Below, one piece after another: positions 52,101 through 64,000 of a stretch of DNA of 64,000 nt; position 1 is the stretch's first letter; each line of letters begins with the position of its first letter. A program made the position numbers and the translations under genes. The notes beneath the pieces were generated by a model. It was not told the origin of the DNA, did not search any database, and saw only the letters and a program-made list of their open reading frames with translations. This DNA comes from Haliotis rubra (Eukaryota). The DNA lies in contig NW_025767231.1 in assembly GCF_003918875.1 (NCBI RefSeq), positions 62,001 to 126,000 of the forward strand. The letters are read 5' to 3'.

Positions 52101-55100
52101 CATAGGTTGCAAGTGACAACAATATATCAGTGAGCGAGCAAGCCTCCTTACAGTCCAGCTAATCTAAACCTTCATGATTGGGCTGCCTTCTTGAGGTTAG
52201 AGACCTCCCCTGTCAAGTAAGGGCGAGGACCACGGCAGTCAGGCGATTTTTTACATAAAGTTCAGCGATGGCAGTCACCCTGGTTATGCATCTACATCGT
52301 CAAACGCCATGGCGAATTTACCTCGGCGACCCGGGATACAAATGGATCCAAATCCATAGCGTCTCAGACTACAGTTGAATTCATCATCAAGCTACTAACA
52401 CAACTAGATGGTTAGTAAACCTACTTAAGTTGGACCTAGAACCTTCGCAAGATCTGCTATTTCTAGGTTTTGATTTTAGCAGTAGCAGAATCGTATAATT
52501 GTACGGAGGACCATGGATCAAGATCAACAGTCATTTCCACAAGCCTTACTATCTCCGCTACCACTCGACAGTGACAGAGTCTGTTGGGGTTCGCACTTCA
52601 GCTCAGCTCAAGACATGACAGACAGAGGCAGACTACAATTACATCCGTTACAAGTCATCAGCAATTAGCATCTAGGCGAATCTCTACCGTTCAATTCATC
52701 GGTTCAGGTCAAACCTCATCTACTATGATGCACCAAGAGATCGAATGTTTGAATAAGCGTCCGTTAATAGAGCTGGAATCGATAACACTTCTCTCGTAGA
52801 TGTGTCACTATAAGGTTAGGGAGCCCATCTTGCCAACAGGGCGGCATCAGGGCTATGAGCAATCAAGAGAGCAATTACACATAAATCTGCTAGAGATGCA
52901 AGCAGTAATAAGCGCCTTAATACACTGGAGCAACTTACTACAGTATACCCAGTGGATGATTCACACAGTCAATTCGACAGTGGCGTTTTATGTGAACAAA
53001 CTAAAGCTCAACCAGGTCCCGAACATATCGACTCTGTTTTCAATTGTTCGATTTAATCAACAATCTCAACATACATGTCAGAGCATATCACATTCCAGGA
53101 GCAAAGAATGTGATAGCAGGGCGCTCTCTCGACCACACATACCATCGCCGACAGAATGAATGCTCCATACAGAGATATTCACTCAAATTATCAAGGAAAT
53201 AGGAACTACACTAATAGACCTATTTACCATTCGATTCAACAAACAACTGACAACATTAAGTATCGCCAGTTCCAGACCCACTAGCATTGGCAACAGGCGC
53301 TAAGCATATGGTGGGAAGGTCTCAGCAGCGTGCGGCTTTTTCGCCACCAGCGTTAATCTCACAAGTTTACTCTAAATCAGTCTAAAGCAGAGCCTCCATC
53401 TGATTTTGGTCGCGACCTACTGACCAGCGAGGAAGTGGTTTCCAACTCTTATTCAAGAAATCGGACAACCAATACTACATCTTACAGAGTGCTTTCGAAT
53501 CTGTTAATACACCAAACAATGGAAAGCCAGATATATTCCAACTTCGCGTATGGATTGTATCAAGGCGTGTCTGAATAACAAGTTATTCAGCCAGGCGGAC
53601 AAAGCAGTCTAACTTGCCCTGCGTAACTCAACTGGCAACTTATCACGATGACAAATGGCACAGTTTTGTCAATTATGCTGCAAAGGAAGGATTTACAGCT
53701 AGATATGCTACTCATCCTCAAGTGGCGGACTACTTATGTTATCTACGTCAGACTAAGATTTTATAAGGCTCAGCTTGTCCACCTATCTTGCAGCAATAGC
53801 TCTATCATAACTGAGAAGGGCGTCAAGTTAACCTAACCCAGTTACTTTCGCCTGCTACGAGCTTTCGATTGGAGGATTAAAGCGGAAGTTCAGCTCCAAC
53901 TTGGGATCTGAATATAGTGCTCCAACACCTCACAAGTGAGGTTTATGAACACGCTTTGATGATATACTTGAACCCCATGATCGATGAATCTATCACGATG
54001 GCCAGTAACAGCACTGAAAATATATCTCCACCGAGCCAAACAGGAGGGAAAAATGCAAGAGATTTATTTCCTCTATCAAGCTACGCATGAGCGGAAGTCT
54101 CACGTACTACTATATCTCCTTTTGGATCAGAACTGTCATACTACGTGCCTACAAGACTGTAGGACTCTACCCTCCATGAGCTTCTAATCCTCATAATATT
54201 AGGCTAACATCTCCAATTGCTCTACACAAATGCTTTTGGAATAATGGAGGTTATTTCTGGAGATCGATATGGTGTTTGCCAACCACTATCTGAGAGATAT
54301 CACCACCGAGGGCGTCTCAGGTATCCACCTATTAGGTCCCATGGTCCTCGCACAACAGTTGACAGTTCCTCGGAGAAGATAAGTCCATCTTACAGAATTT
54401 TTACTTATCTTATAACAGTACTAAATAGCTACATGCTATATATATTTTGCTTAAGTTCAATTTATTATCTTAAGCTCAGTACTATGGTTATTATATCATA
54501 CAATATGTAAGCTAACAACTCTCACGGAGTTTGTTATTATATATTTAGCTTAAGTTAATCATATCTTAAGCTCAGTACTATGGTTACATTATAAATATAT
54601 TAGCTAACAAACTCTCACGGAGTTTTGCTATTATATATGTAGCTTAAGTTTATTCATATCTTAAGCTCATTACTATGTTTATATCATATAAGTATATTAG
54701 CTAACAAACTCTAAAGAGTTTTTGCTATCATATACTTAGCTTCAGTTTCATCATATCTTAAGCATTATGGTTACATTATAACATGTATTAGCTAACAACT
54801 CTCACGGAGTTTTGCTATTATATATGTAGCTTAAGTTTATTCATATCTTAAAGCTCAGTACTGTGTTTATATCATATAAGTATATTAGCTAACAAACTCT
54901 AAAGAGTTTTTTACTATCATATACTTAGCTTAAGTTTCATCATATTTTAAGCATTATGGTTACATTATAAAATGTAATAGCTAACAAACTCTACGGAGTT
55001 GTTTTGGCTATTTAGGTTGCTTAAGTTAATTATATCTTAAGCACAGTTCTATAATCATACTATATATATGCCTACAACTCTTAGGAGTTCTACTATTATA

Positions 55101-56547
55101 TATATGTTCAGCTTAAGTTTCAATCCTTAAGCTCAGTCATATGTTCATTTCATAACATGTATTAGTTAACAAACTCTCAGTAGTTGGTTACTATTATACA
55201 GCTTAAAGTATCATTATACCTTAAGCACAATTCTGTTATAACTTACATATATGCATATTGTAAGCTTACTACTTTGGTTCTTATAAAAGTATTCATTATA
55301 AACTATCAACAGTTTATACTATCACATTAATAGCTTTAGCTTAATTAATGTTCTATATACTTTATTATATTCAGTAAATTGTAATAACCCTTATATGGCA
55401 ACTGATAAGTTAACAGCAGGAATTCAGTTCAGTGCCTTCATGAAGTTCCCTTAGGGTTATTACAATTATCTCAGTTCAAATCACTAATTAGTAAAATCCA
55501 AAGTATATATAATCCCACCTCCTATTCCGTAGGATTCTACAAACAAATAAACATGAGTCAGGATAAGAAAAATATGAAATTTTTAGAGTAAAATTAATAT
55601 TTTTATACTTATCCTGACTCATGAATAAGCTCCCTCCGTCCTCCCACTTAACACTTTGGATTTCCCTGGAAATTCAGGTGTTGAGCTCAGTATATGAGGA
55701 GAGAGTGAGGCACATGGGTTCAGGTGAAGCCCTCGTTCAGCAGCTTGTGGAAGGGAGGTAACTTCGTGGTCAGTACTAATGAGTGATTTTTATTGAAGGG
55801 AACTTCAATTGGGAGATACAAGTGTTCCACTAGGTTAAGCCAGAAGAAGAAGACAAGCAAATAAACATGAGTCAGGATAAGTATAAAAATATTAATTTTA
55901 CTCTAAAAATTTCATTTTCTTGTGAAAATATGACTTAATTTATAACCCTGGTGTTACAGGAATGTCACTAGGGCTGGTTGGGGTTTAAGGTTCTTCTATT
56001 CCTTCAGAGAACATGTGACCGGTCAGTTTGGAATTGCCACTAGTTTACCATAGTACACATTGTTTCCTGAATTTAGCTGGAATATTGCTGACTGCCATTA
56101 AATATTACTCTCCCATTAATCTTACAAGTCCATCTTTCCTTTGCAGGTGCTGAAATCAACACGAACAGTGAATGTAGGCTGGGCAAGTTTGGAAGCTTGT
56201 TGGAGCTGCAAGCCCTGCCAGTGGTGTCGGAGGAATCCCCCGACTCTGCAAGTTCTTCTGACTCTGACTCTGATTCCTCTTCAAGTGATGAGGAAGAGGC
56301 TTCCCTGACCCGAGAGGAGGCATGTCGACAACTGGCCCTGCATGTGGTGGGCATGAATCCCAGACGCATCGGCAAGGAAGACGATGAGCCCAGCAAGAGC
56401 AAGGATGAGGAAGACAAATTGATTTTCCAGGAGTTCTTGATGGACCCGAGCTTGTCGGTGAAGGACATGTTGAAGAAGAATCATTTGGCTATAAAGGAGT
56501 TTGTGAGGTTTGAGTGTGGTGAGGACTTGGGAGAAGACGCCAGCTGA
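46168..56547 (+). CDS. TSFM: Elongation factor Ts, mitochondrial (327 aa)
   Basis: Coding exons 46168-46341, 46743-46871, 48439-48546, 48882-49053, 56147-56547, in phase. Motifs [23 protein letters not shown]|[42 protein letters not shown]. Confidence 0.95.
46831..48155 (+). repeat. Splice-donor tandem array, 51-53-bp unit, about 24 copies
   Basis: Unit TTGGTGTAGTAGGGG...GACAGCCA(C/G)GATGGTGGAG|gtaggtgactgg, which is the last ~41 nt of TSFM exon 46743-46871 plus its donor. Confidence 0.95.
48695..48872 (+). mobile_element. SINE family B, internally deleted, inserted at a TSFM splice acceptor
   Basis: Flanked by the 13-bp direct repeat ACTTTCCAGGTAA (48682-48694 and 48873-48885). Confidence 0.85.
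49354..49441. mobile_element. 88-bp hairpin MITE, CCCAG...CTGGG, 2-bp GA TSD (EnSpm/CMC-like)
   Basis: CCCAGATAGCATTCAGACGTTGGCCCAACGTTG ... CAACGTTGGGCCAATGTCTGAATGCTATCTGGG. Confidence 0.75.
49457..55918 (+). mobile_element. DIRS1-type tyrosine-recombinase retrotransposon, decayed, in TSFM intron 4
   Basis: Left ITR about 49463-49645 inverted to 55696-55881; right extension to about 55915; internal complementary region 55544-55623 joining both termini; RNase H remnant [15 protein letters not shown] (about 52875); MT-like and YR remnants at 53200-54330. Confidence 0.88.
54420..55260. repeat. AT-rich ~92/97-bp tandem repeat inside the DIRS element
   Basis: GCTAACAA(A)CTCT recurs at about 54511, 54603, 54700, 54791, 54888, 54980. 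Confidence 0.8.
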
Positions 56548-57121
56548 AGATAGGATTGTACAGTGTCATGTCATATTCAGTGTACAGGATGGCTGCACAG
56601 GAGCATTGTTGTATTGTGTGTGCCCTGAACCTGCTATCAGATTTTGTAGATTTTATTAGCCAAATATGTGCTTAACACGGTGTTGATAGTGATAAAAGTT
56701 TGGTTTTAGTTCAAAAGGTGTATGGGCACTTTTTGCCTTGCTTCTATCTGTTAAAATATCTCAAGAATCAGGAGTTTGGGCATTTTCTACACTTCCATGG
56801 AAAGCACATAGGTTATGAAGCTTTATATGCTTGAGGACTAAAGCTTCCTATGCACTATTAAAAGAATCCCATTTGTACAAAATCTCCATGAATTTTTCAG
56901 AATCGTGCATTATAATCACATGTACAAAAACTGTGTCATGGGTCAATTCATTTACAGAGTTTATTGTTGAAGTGTGGTAAATCAACATTATTGACGGCCA
57001 AACATGGTAAACCTTATGCCATGCCTATCTGAAACTGAGTGGTTTGTATGTAGTTGGAATGCTTGAAAATTGTTAGTGTAATACCACTGGTGACAACTTG
57101 CAACACTTGGCACCAGCCACA

Positions 57122-60100
57122 TTTTAAAACTTATCCTATCTCACGACTTGCACCTCTCTTCATTCGACCATGAGTGGAAACGAATTAGACTTTGCTCCGG
57201 CCTACCTTGTCCCCATCCCCGTGCTGTGCATGCCTTCATGCGCAGTCCTCACCCACGTGATCACCTTACATACTCTTTCTCTTTCTTGTCGCTCGACAGA
57301 GTGGATGTGAAATTTGTTTCGCCTGAGAATTGCTCAACATGGATAAGCCTGTTCAGGCCAGAAAACGAAAGTTTTGAGCTCAGTGTAATAAAGTCTTTTC
57401 AGCTTGGGACCCACACACATCGTGTGTTGATTTTGTGGGTTGTTGTGATTGGGACAAACGTTGTCCTAAGTGATACGACACTCGTGTAGTATGCACCTAC
57501 CCATACGTTGACCACGTGGGTAATTGTGATTGGGACAAACGTTGTCCTAAGTGTTCAGGACTGTCTAATGTGGATTTTAAAGCTTACAAACGTGCTTGTG
57601 CCAGACGTTTGGCAGATAGGGCCAGGAATGCTTCTGTGGGATCTGGTCCATCTCCCGCTAAAAAACAATGTTTAGATCGCCCCACCCTAACGTTCGCAAT
57701 GTTTACATTCCCACAATGCATTTAAGTTGTAGGATGAATGAATTCACGTGTTTGTTATGCATGAAAAATCAGTTTTGTCACAACGTGACCTAATTGAGAG
57801 GTCATCGGTTATCCAATCAAATCGTTAGAATCTCAGGTCAAGTCGTTACGACACAGGTCAATGCGATACGACACTCGTGTGACGTACGAGATTAGTATGC
57901 ACCTACCCATACGTTGACCACGTGGGTTGTTGTGATTGGGACAAACGTTGTCCTAAGTGTTCAGGACTGTCTAATGTGGATTTTAAAGCTTACAAACGTG
58001 CTTGTGCCAGACATTTGGCAGATAGGGCCAGGAATGCTTCTGTGGGATCTGGTCCATCTCCCGCTAAAAAACAATGTTTAGATCGCCCCACCCTAACTGC
58101 TTGCCGTTATAAATCTCCCATCTCTCCTGACAAAGATTTGATGGACGCTTCGTCTGAATCCTATTTGTCTGAGAATGTTAGAAGACTTTTTGGGACGCTT
58201 CCCTCACCTAGCTCAAGTTCTCATGGGCATGCAAGGGTGGTAAATAGAGAATATCACACTCGGTCTCATTACATACGAATTATACGAAACAAGTGTCCTT
58301 CCTATGGTATCTGACCGAGCGAAAGCGAGGTCAGAAACGATAGGAAGGTCACGAGTTTCATATAATTCATATGTTATGAGACCGAGTGTGGTATTTTAAT
58401 TATTACCCACATCTTACATGCTTTAAATTGACAAAATAGCGCATTTTTGTTATTTTTATGGTTTCAAACCGAAACCGGTTTCATAAAGAGGTTGCGGAAG
58501 AATGTTGTTCTGTAGTACACTTTTTGCATGACGTCACACTGTACAAAATGACGTCACTACGCCTTGCTCGTCTGTCCCCTTAGTAACCGACGTCACGATG
58601 CATGTCAGTTGTCATCGCCTCGTACAGCCTCCTATATTAAACTACTCCGTAGCACCCCGTCTCTTAGTTTGCAGTTGCTTCATTCGGCTAACATCCCTGG
58701 TGGAAACATTGTGTTTATGTTTTTCGACGCATATAATGCCTCAGTTCAACTCACAATTAAACAGCGACACGGCAACGTTCGCAATGTTTACATTCCCACA
58801 ATGCATTTAAGTTGTAGGATGAATGAATTCACGTGTTTGTTATGCATGAAAAATCAGTTTTGTCACAACGTGACCTAATTGAGAGGTCATCGGTTATCCA
58901 ATCAAATCGTTAGAATCTCAGGTCAAGTCGTTACAACACAGGTCAATGCGATACGACACTCGTGTGACGTACGAGATTAGTATGCACCTACCCATACGTT
59001 GACCACGTGGGTAATAATGACTGCTATTTCCTCTACACAAGACCTGCGATCTACTTTATCTCGTAGATCCGTTTCATCGGACTGTTCACAGTCCTCGAAA
59101 ACTTCTAAATTCCAAGCATTCATCATCGAAGCGTGGATCGGCACGGTTGGAACGCAACCGTTCTCCTATTCGTACGGTTTCATCCCACCGAAACAATTCA
59201 CCCACACAAGTTGAGTCACCATCTGGTTCGTAGGTTCGAATTCGTTCTTCTACTGCTGGAAAGTGTCGTTCTAGATCTCGTTCACGCTCAAGCTCTCGTC
59301 GTCCTTCCATTGTACCAGTCCGAACCGATTCACCACCTCGATTCATTTCACCATTCAGAATTGGGTCTAATGCCAGTGTTGGTTCACTAGAACGGAACCA
59401 TTCACCTAGCCGTGTCATTGCCAAGGGTCAAACAAGTTCACTCAGCCGTTCGGCTCACCAGACCGAATTGATTCACGTAATCGAATGGATTCACCAGGAC
59501 GAACCGGTTTACATTCCCGACTCAATTCACCTCACGATATGTTTTGGCTCGACTCCCCATCTCATAGTCGAATCAATTCACCACAGCGTTTTGATTCACA
59601 TAGTCAAAGTGGTTCGCCATTTCGATCCGGTTCACCTAGCCGTATGGTGTCTTTTCATCAGAGTGATTCTCGTAGTCGGTCTCATTCACCTCAGGTGAAT
59701 CAGGATATCCCGTTTAGTCAGTCTGGAGCTAGTGCGCACTTGCGGTCTGCGCCTTTACGTGATAGTTCCCCTCATCAACATCTTTCTGTGCGGGTGATTT
59801 CACCTGCTAGGCAGCTTTATGGTTCAGTGGTTTGTTCACCTTCACGCCATGCCACTTCTACTTTGCCTCGGTCACAGGTTATTGCTGAGTCTTGGAATCC
59901 TGCGCTTGATCCCTCTCCAGCGCCGGATTTAAACACCATACGTCGTGCTGTTACATCGGTTTGGAATCAGTGTCATTTGTCCTCTCAAGTTCAACAATCG
60001 TCTACCATACCTAGCAATAATCGTCCTGTGGATTCGAGGGATCTGACTCGGTCTCAGACTCCTTTACCTTCACCTGGGCAGTCAGACATCTCGACTCCAG

Positions 60101-63100
60101 ATGGCAGTTTTGATGTTGTTGAACCGGCTCACATGCTAGCTTGGATAGTTGAAACACTTCAGCTACCTCTTAGTAAATCTCCAGATGATTTGGCCAGGTC
60201 TTATGCCATGACAAATAGAGATATTTCCAGTATCACACTTCCTTTGCGTCCATGTATTCAACAATTACTTTCTTCTCTTGATGCGGCTTTCAAGAAGCTT
60301 AGGAGGACGAAGGATGGTTTGTCAGCTCCAAGGTTCCGACCATCGACGGCACATACTCATGGTGTTCATGGTGTTTTTTGTGGATGACAGGGAATTGGCT
60401 CATCTAGATGCTGCGATTTGGCATTCTATCCCTTCCATTAGTTGTATCATTTTGGCTGTTGACGCTGTGGACGGCGGCTGTCAATCATGGTGTTTTTTGT
60501 GGATGACAGGGAATTGGCTCATCTAGATGCTGCGATTTGGCATTCTATCCCTTCCATTAGTTGTATCATTTTGGCTGTTGACGCTGTGGCGGCGGCTGTC
60601 AATCATGCCTATACAGACCAGGATGCGTACTTTAGGGGAAGTATGGCTCTGATGTTAGATCAATTCCAGGTGGTCTTGGGGCAACTTTCTCATTTCTTTG
60701 GCTATCTACTTGCCATACGGTGTCGGGGCCCTTTGAATTTATCCTCATGGGAAGATAGATTCAAGGCTGAATGGTTTCGTCAACCGTGGTCGGGGGATAC
60801 GGTGTTCAGTGGGTCTATTGCAGAAGTCGCATCCAAAGTGGACCGTTTTAATCAGTTTCAAGTATCTGTAGATCTGTTGGAGTTGCAAAAAATTCAACTT
60901 CAACGCTCTATGCGGCACCGTCGAACCCCACATTTTACCCCTTCCAATCCAGACCTTCGTGACTGTTTGAAAGACAAGGCGTCTTCTCAACCACGTTGCC
61001 CCTTTAGACTCAACGCTGGAACCGGAAGTAAAAACTCCAAACAGTGACTCGCGGAAATCAGAGCTCGGATTGGTTCTGTAAGCGGGAGGTTAGGTCTGTT
61101 TGCTCCCAACTGGGAGTTTCTAGGGGATACATTTGTCACAATGACTCTCATTCACGGCTATCGAATGCCTGTTGTCGGGGAACCACCCCTCACCATTCAA
61201 CCTTTGCAGCGAACGTATCCTCAGGATCAGGCTACAGTCCTTCCGACCACAATCTCAACTCTACTGGAGAAACATGTGGTAGAACGCCTCGATCCGGTGT
61301 GCATAACTCGAGGGTTTTACTCCCCGATTTTTCTTGTGCCAAAGAAGAACTCAAGCAAGCTGCGTCTCATATTCAATATGAAGGCGTTCAACACTCGTTT
61401 CCTTCAACCGCCACCTCGTTTTTGAATGGTATCAGTCAGTCTTCTACGTTCAATTCTGAGGAAAGGGGATTTCATCATATCCCTCGATCTTCAAGACGCA
61501 TACCTTCACATTCCGATTCACCCAGATCATCGGAAGTAGCTGAGGTTCACCTTCGAGGGCCATCACTTCCAATGGAAAGTCCTTCCATTTGGAATCTCTA
61601 CGGCCCCGTGGCTTTTTACTGAGGTGACCAAACCCATCAGCAGTTTCCTTCACTCTCGGGGAGTGACTTTCGAAAGCTATATAGACGATTGTATTCAGGC
61701 ACAACAGGATCCAATCGTTCTTCAAATTCATCGAGAGATCACCATCAAGCTGCTCAAACAGTTAGGGTGGCTCCTCAATTAAGAGAAGTCGCAGTTAACA
61801 CCGACTCACAGACTTCAGTTCATAGGAGCAGTTTTCGACACAAAACAAGCCATGTTGTTTGTTCCCTAGGACAGGTGGACCAAAATTCAGCGTCTGGTTG
61901 CTCTAGCCTTGGATCAACCTAGAACTTTACGCCAGTGGCAAGAGTTGCTGGGCGTATTAACGTCAGCTCAGGCTCTGACTTACAGAGGTCAGCTGCAGCT
62001 TCGCCCGCTTCAGTTTTTTTCTGCGACCTCATCGTCAAGCCAACAACCCTCAGGAGTTGATTCGGTTATCCAGGGAACTGCGTCCAATTCTGCGTTGGTG
62101 GCTCAACGTACAGAATGTTTGCGCCGGCGTCTCTTTGGTGCCCATCAGTCCGACCCATTAGTTGTTTGTGGATGCTTCTCTCGAAGGTTGGGGCGCCCAC
62201 TTCCTTCAGCATCAAGTGGCAGGGCAGTGGTCGTCCGAAGAAAAGTCACTCCACATAAACATTCTGGAGTTCAAGGCAGTATTACTGGCAATTCAGCACT
62301 GGGCGGCTCTACTCAAGATGTCTCACATGCTGATACAGTCCGACAACTTGACAGTAGTGTGGTACATCAATCACCTAGGGTTGACAGGTTCAGCAGCACT
62401 TCTACAGTGGACGTTTCGATGTTATCTCCTGATAGATTCTCTCAACATCGTAACAAGAGCCAGGCACATCCCCGAACAAAGAACGCCCCAGTCACCCGCC
62501 GCCACAGAGTGGCAACTCCTGCTCAAGATTTTTGGACGATAATTTACCCGCACTCTCGACCAAATGTTGACCTGTTTGCCACTCGGTTCAACTCCCAACT
62601 GCCGAGATTCGTGTCTCCAATACAGGATCCACTAGCTTGGGATCACAACGCCTTAGCCATTCCCTGGGAAGGGTCTTAACGCGCATGCACTTCCGCCCCC
62701 GGCTCTGCTTCACAAGGTCATTCAGAAAATTCGGTTAACTAACAAAGTGCAACTGCTTTTGGTAGCGCCCTTCTGGCCGGAAAGAGCTTGGTTCGTCAGA
62801 CTTAAAGTCTAGTCAGTCGAAGCAGTATTCCTCTTCCCGTGCGGGACGATCTACTAGTTCATCCGCACTCGGGCATGTATCACGAGTCACCACAGACGTT
62901 CAATCTTCACGTATGGCACATTTGCAGAAATCACTAATGGCCAAAGGTTATTCTCACAGAGTGGCCTCAGCTATCACTGCAGCTCATCTCACGTCTACCG
63001 CGCTCTTTATATGACGATAAGTGGAAGAAATTTGAATGTTATTGTCGGGTCAGAGGGATCACTTCCCCTTCTACTGCTTGAACTAACCCTCGCACGTAGT

Positions 63101-63589
63101 AACCTTGTAGTTATTGGCCTACCTTGTAGTTGCTTCCTACGGCTGTTTGGGCATAACACTTAGCTGTTTATCGCTTGAACGGGTAATCTTTGACCCACAT
63201 TCCTACCGTGGGATAGTGCAAGTCGTGAGATAGGATAAGTTTAAAAATTTGGAAATTTTAACTATCAATTGTATATTTATATACTTATCCTATCTCACGC
63301 AATAAAGTCCCACCCTACCTCCCCACTACTTAGATTACCACCAGCTCCAAGATCGAGAATGAGTATGTAAGGTGATCACTTGGGTGAGGACTGCGCATGC
63401 CTCGTGCTGTCATGGACTAGTGAGCACGACTGAGACAGGAAGGCACACACAGCACGGGAGAGGGACAAGGTAGGCCTGGAGCAAAGTTTAATTTGTTTCC
63501 ACTCATGGTCGAAAGAAGAGAGAGAGGAGCAAGTCGTGAGATAGGATAAGCATATAAATATACAATTTATAGTTAAAATTTCCAAATTC
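57122..63589 (+). mobile_element. Second, distinct DIRS1-type retrotransposon, decayed, with most of the YR ORF deleted
   Basis: Left ITR 57129-57275 inverted to 63361-63550; ICR 63218-63299; gag with CDWDKRCPKC and SPxR-rich region; RT GFYSPIFLVPKK...LRLIFN, SLDLQDAYLHIPI, YIDD (with stops); RNase H FVDASLEGWGA/HINILEFKAV; MT-like DLFATRFN. Confidence 0.9.
58244..59017. mobile_element. Hairpin-bearing non-autonomous element (Crypton-like?) inserted in the DIRS gag
   Basis: About 145-bp palindrome 58250-58395 with GCGAAAGC loop; inverted repeat TTATTACCCAC (58400) / GTGGGTAATAA (59007); removing it rejoins gag as ...RVV-MTAISST... Confidence 0.65.
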
Positions 63590-63670
63590 TGGTTGCCCAC
63601 AAGTAACTTCACATTGGCAAGAAGACCATGTCTGTCGGGTTCACCTTTTGAAATCAGTACTAAACTACAT

Positions 63671-63822
63671 ATGGGGGTAGCCTAGTGGTGAAGAAGTTTG
63701 CTTGTCACACTGAAGACACAGGTTCGATTCTCCACATGGGCACAATGTGTGAAGCCCATTTCTGGTGTCCACCCACCATGATATTGCTGGGATATTGCTA
63801 AAAGTGGCGTAAAACGAAACTC
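63671..63822 (+). mobile_element. tRNA-derived SINE family A, diverged
   Basis: GGGGGTAGCCTAGTGG...GGTTCGATTC...GGCGTAAAACGAAACTC. Confidence 0.85.
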
Positions 63823-64000
63823 GGGATCAGGTTTGATCTTGCAAGCAGTGGTGGCCATATTTATTGATGTCAGGTGGTTACATCAACCATGGGTGTTACA
63901 TCACATTACAGCATGACAGTGCATGCCTTAACCTTGTAACCTTGTGAGTTGTAAAACAGAACATCTTTCCTAATGCACAGGAATGTTGTCAGTGTCTGTA

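Overview
AT-rich animal genomic DNA with spliceosomal introns; the repeat content suggests an invertebrate, possibly a mollusc, but this is not verified. Three spliced protein-coding genes were rebuilt by hand from GT-AG junctions with consistent phases. (1) Minus strand, at least 21 exons, 25889 to 2258, running off the left edge: a Ufd2/UBE4-family ubiquitin E4 core unusually preceded by a signal peptide, a canonical EF-hand, an N-glycosylation sequon and one transmembrane helix. This predicts a type I membrane, STIM-like topology. (2) CASC3/MLN51/Barentsz, minus strand, 12 exons, about 1039 aa. (3) TSFM, mitochondrial EF-Ts, plus strand, 5 coding exons, 327 aa. Four kb-scale tandem arrays and one incipient dimer are built from exon-intron junctions, so dozens of duplicate splice donors or acceptors sit next to the real ones. 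Mobile elements: two distinct DIRS1-type tyrosine-recombinase retrotransposons with intact ITR/ICR ends but decayed ORFs, two SINE families with shared 3' ends, a decayed L2/CR1-type LINE, and several non-autonomous DNA elements. A SINE-linked copy of part of a TSFM exon lies 22 kb from its parent. Most long ORFs in the supplied track over the arrays are artefacts.
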